Below, piece after piece: positions 63,494 through 64,000 of a stretch of 64,000 nucleotides of DNA. A model generated the notes under the pieces. The model made no database searches. It was not told where the DNA came from and saw only the letters and a program-made list of their open reading frames with translations. Within the stretch, counting starts at the first letter, position 1. Each line of letters starts with the position of its first letter. A program made the translations under genes and the position numbers. The DNA comes from Gemmatimonadales bacterium (GTDB lineage Bacteria > Gemmatimonadota > Gemmatimonadetes > Gemmatimonadales > GWC2-71-9), in the NCBI GenBank assembly GCA_035601235.1, contig DATNOR010000076.1:29275-93274 (forward strand), given 5' to 3'.

Positions 63494-64000
63494 TCTGCAC
63501 TGTCATTCCACGGCGTCGGACGGGGAGTACCCGCCGGCCGAGGTTGCGCAGCGCGCCCACGTTGCTGGCCTCGCCGCCATCGCCCTGACCGATCATGACA
63601 CGACCGGCGGCGTTCCCGAAGCCGCGCGTGCCGGCGCGGCGCTGGGCGTGCGCGTCGTCTCGGGATGCGAGTTCAGCGTGAAGGCGCCCTGGGGCGAGCT
63701 GCACCTGCTCGGCTACTTCCTGCCGCCCGGGCACGAGCGGCTGGAGGCGTTTCTCGCCACCACCCGCGCCGCGCGCCAGCGCCGTGCCGAGCAGATCGTC
63801 GCGCACCTGCGCCGGCTCGGCGTGGCCATCGAGCTGGCGGACGTGCTGGCGGCGGCGGACGGCGGCGCGCTCGGCCGCCCCCATGTGGCCCGCGTCCTGG
63901 TCGAGCGTGGCGTGAGCAGCGACATCAACGACGCGTTCGGCCGCTACCTCGGTCGGGGGCGTCCGGCGTATGTGGAGAAGCCCCTGCCCACCCTGCGCCA
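63474..64000 (+). CDS. PHP-domain phosphoesterase (TrpH/YciV-like), 5' part; runs off the right edge
   Basis: Absent from the track because there is no stop in the window. GTG 63474 opens MPTAHVDLHCHSTASDGEY...ALTDHDT...GCEFS...GRPHVA, the PHP-domain His/Asp motifs. Confidence 0.75.
   Translation, partial: MPTAHVDLHCHSTASDGEYPPAEVAQRAHVAGLAAIALTDHDTTGGVPEAARAGAALGVRVVSGCEFSVKAPWGELHLLGYFLPPGHERLEAFLATTRAARQRRAEQIVAHLRRLGVAIELADVLAAADGGALGRPHVARVLVERGVSSDINDAFGRYLGRGRPAYVEKPLPTLR

Overview
GC-rich (third codon positions almost uniformly G/C), gene-dense bacterial chromosomal segment. I can support about 66 protein-coding genes and one tRNA-Ala(UGC). I see no rRNA, CRISPR array, transposase, integrase or phage gene. 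GTG/TTG starts are frequent, and many neighbours are translationally coupled by 4-nt ATGA/GTGA/TTGA start/stop overlaps. The long ORFs lying antisense to real genes in the supplied track are high-GC artefacts. The TonB-ExbB-ExbD-ExbD set, many lipoproteins and a Tat signal indicate a diderm organism. The phylum cannot be fixed without a database search. Content, left to right: a rhodanese/MBL gene, then a cupredoxin and a secreted His/Met copper protein. A large lipid locus spans 2.3-14.9 kb. An APC permease, an M6 metalloprotease, tRNA-Ala and an oxidative-stress/metal set follow (MsrB, DUF411, CPXCG, SOD, peroxiredoxin). Next come a sugar ABC importer with a Tat alpha-galactosidase, an HK-RR-HK signalling unit and a TonB/ExbBD cluster. 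After these are an H+-pyrophosphatase, amino-acid and dicarboxylate transporters, and a peptidoglycan amino-sugar salvage cluster (NagK-like, two SSS symporters, AmiE-like, NagZ, NamZ/DUF1343). The right end holds an inositol-3-phosphate synthase with a CDP-alcohol phosphatidyltransferase, a CopA/CopZ copper export module, a 2-oxoacid dehydrogenase E1a/E1b/E2 operon and a PHP-domain gene. The most interesting system is the lipid locus at 2274-14856. One four-gene operon has the architecture of bacterial ceramide synthesis (Spt, GNAT acyltransferase, SDR reductase) plus an Aur1/SMS-like PAP2 head-group transferase. It converges stop-on-stop on a nine-gene operon encoding HAD phosphatase, nucleotidyltransferase, ATP-grasp, class-III aminotransferase, two CDP-alcohol phosphatidyltransferases, a Gfo/Idh/MocA dehydrogenase, an MprF-flippase-like protein and a small membrane hydrolase. 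I know of no characterised pathway with that combination. Together with the inositol-phosphate genes at 54-56 kb, it predicts a phospho-(amino)polyol ceramide-type membrane lipid. All functional calls rest on motifs read by eye and on remembered family knowledge. No search was run.
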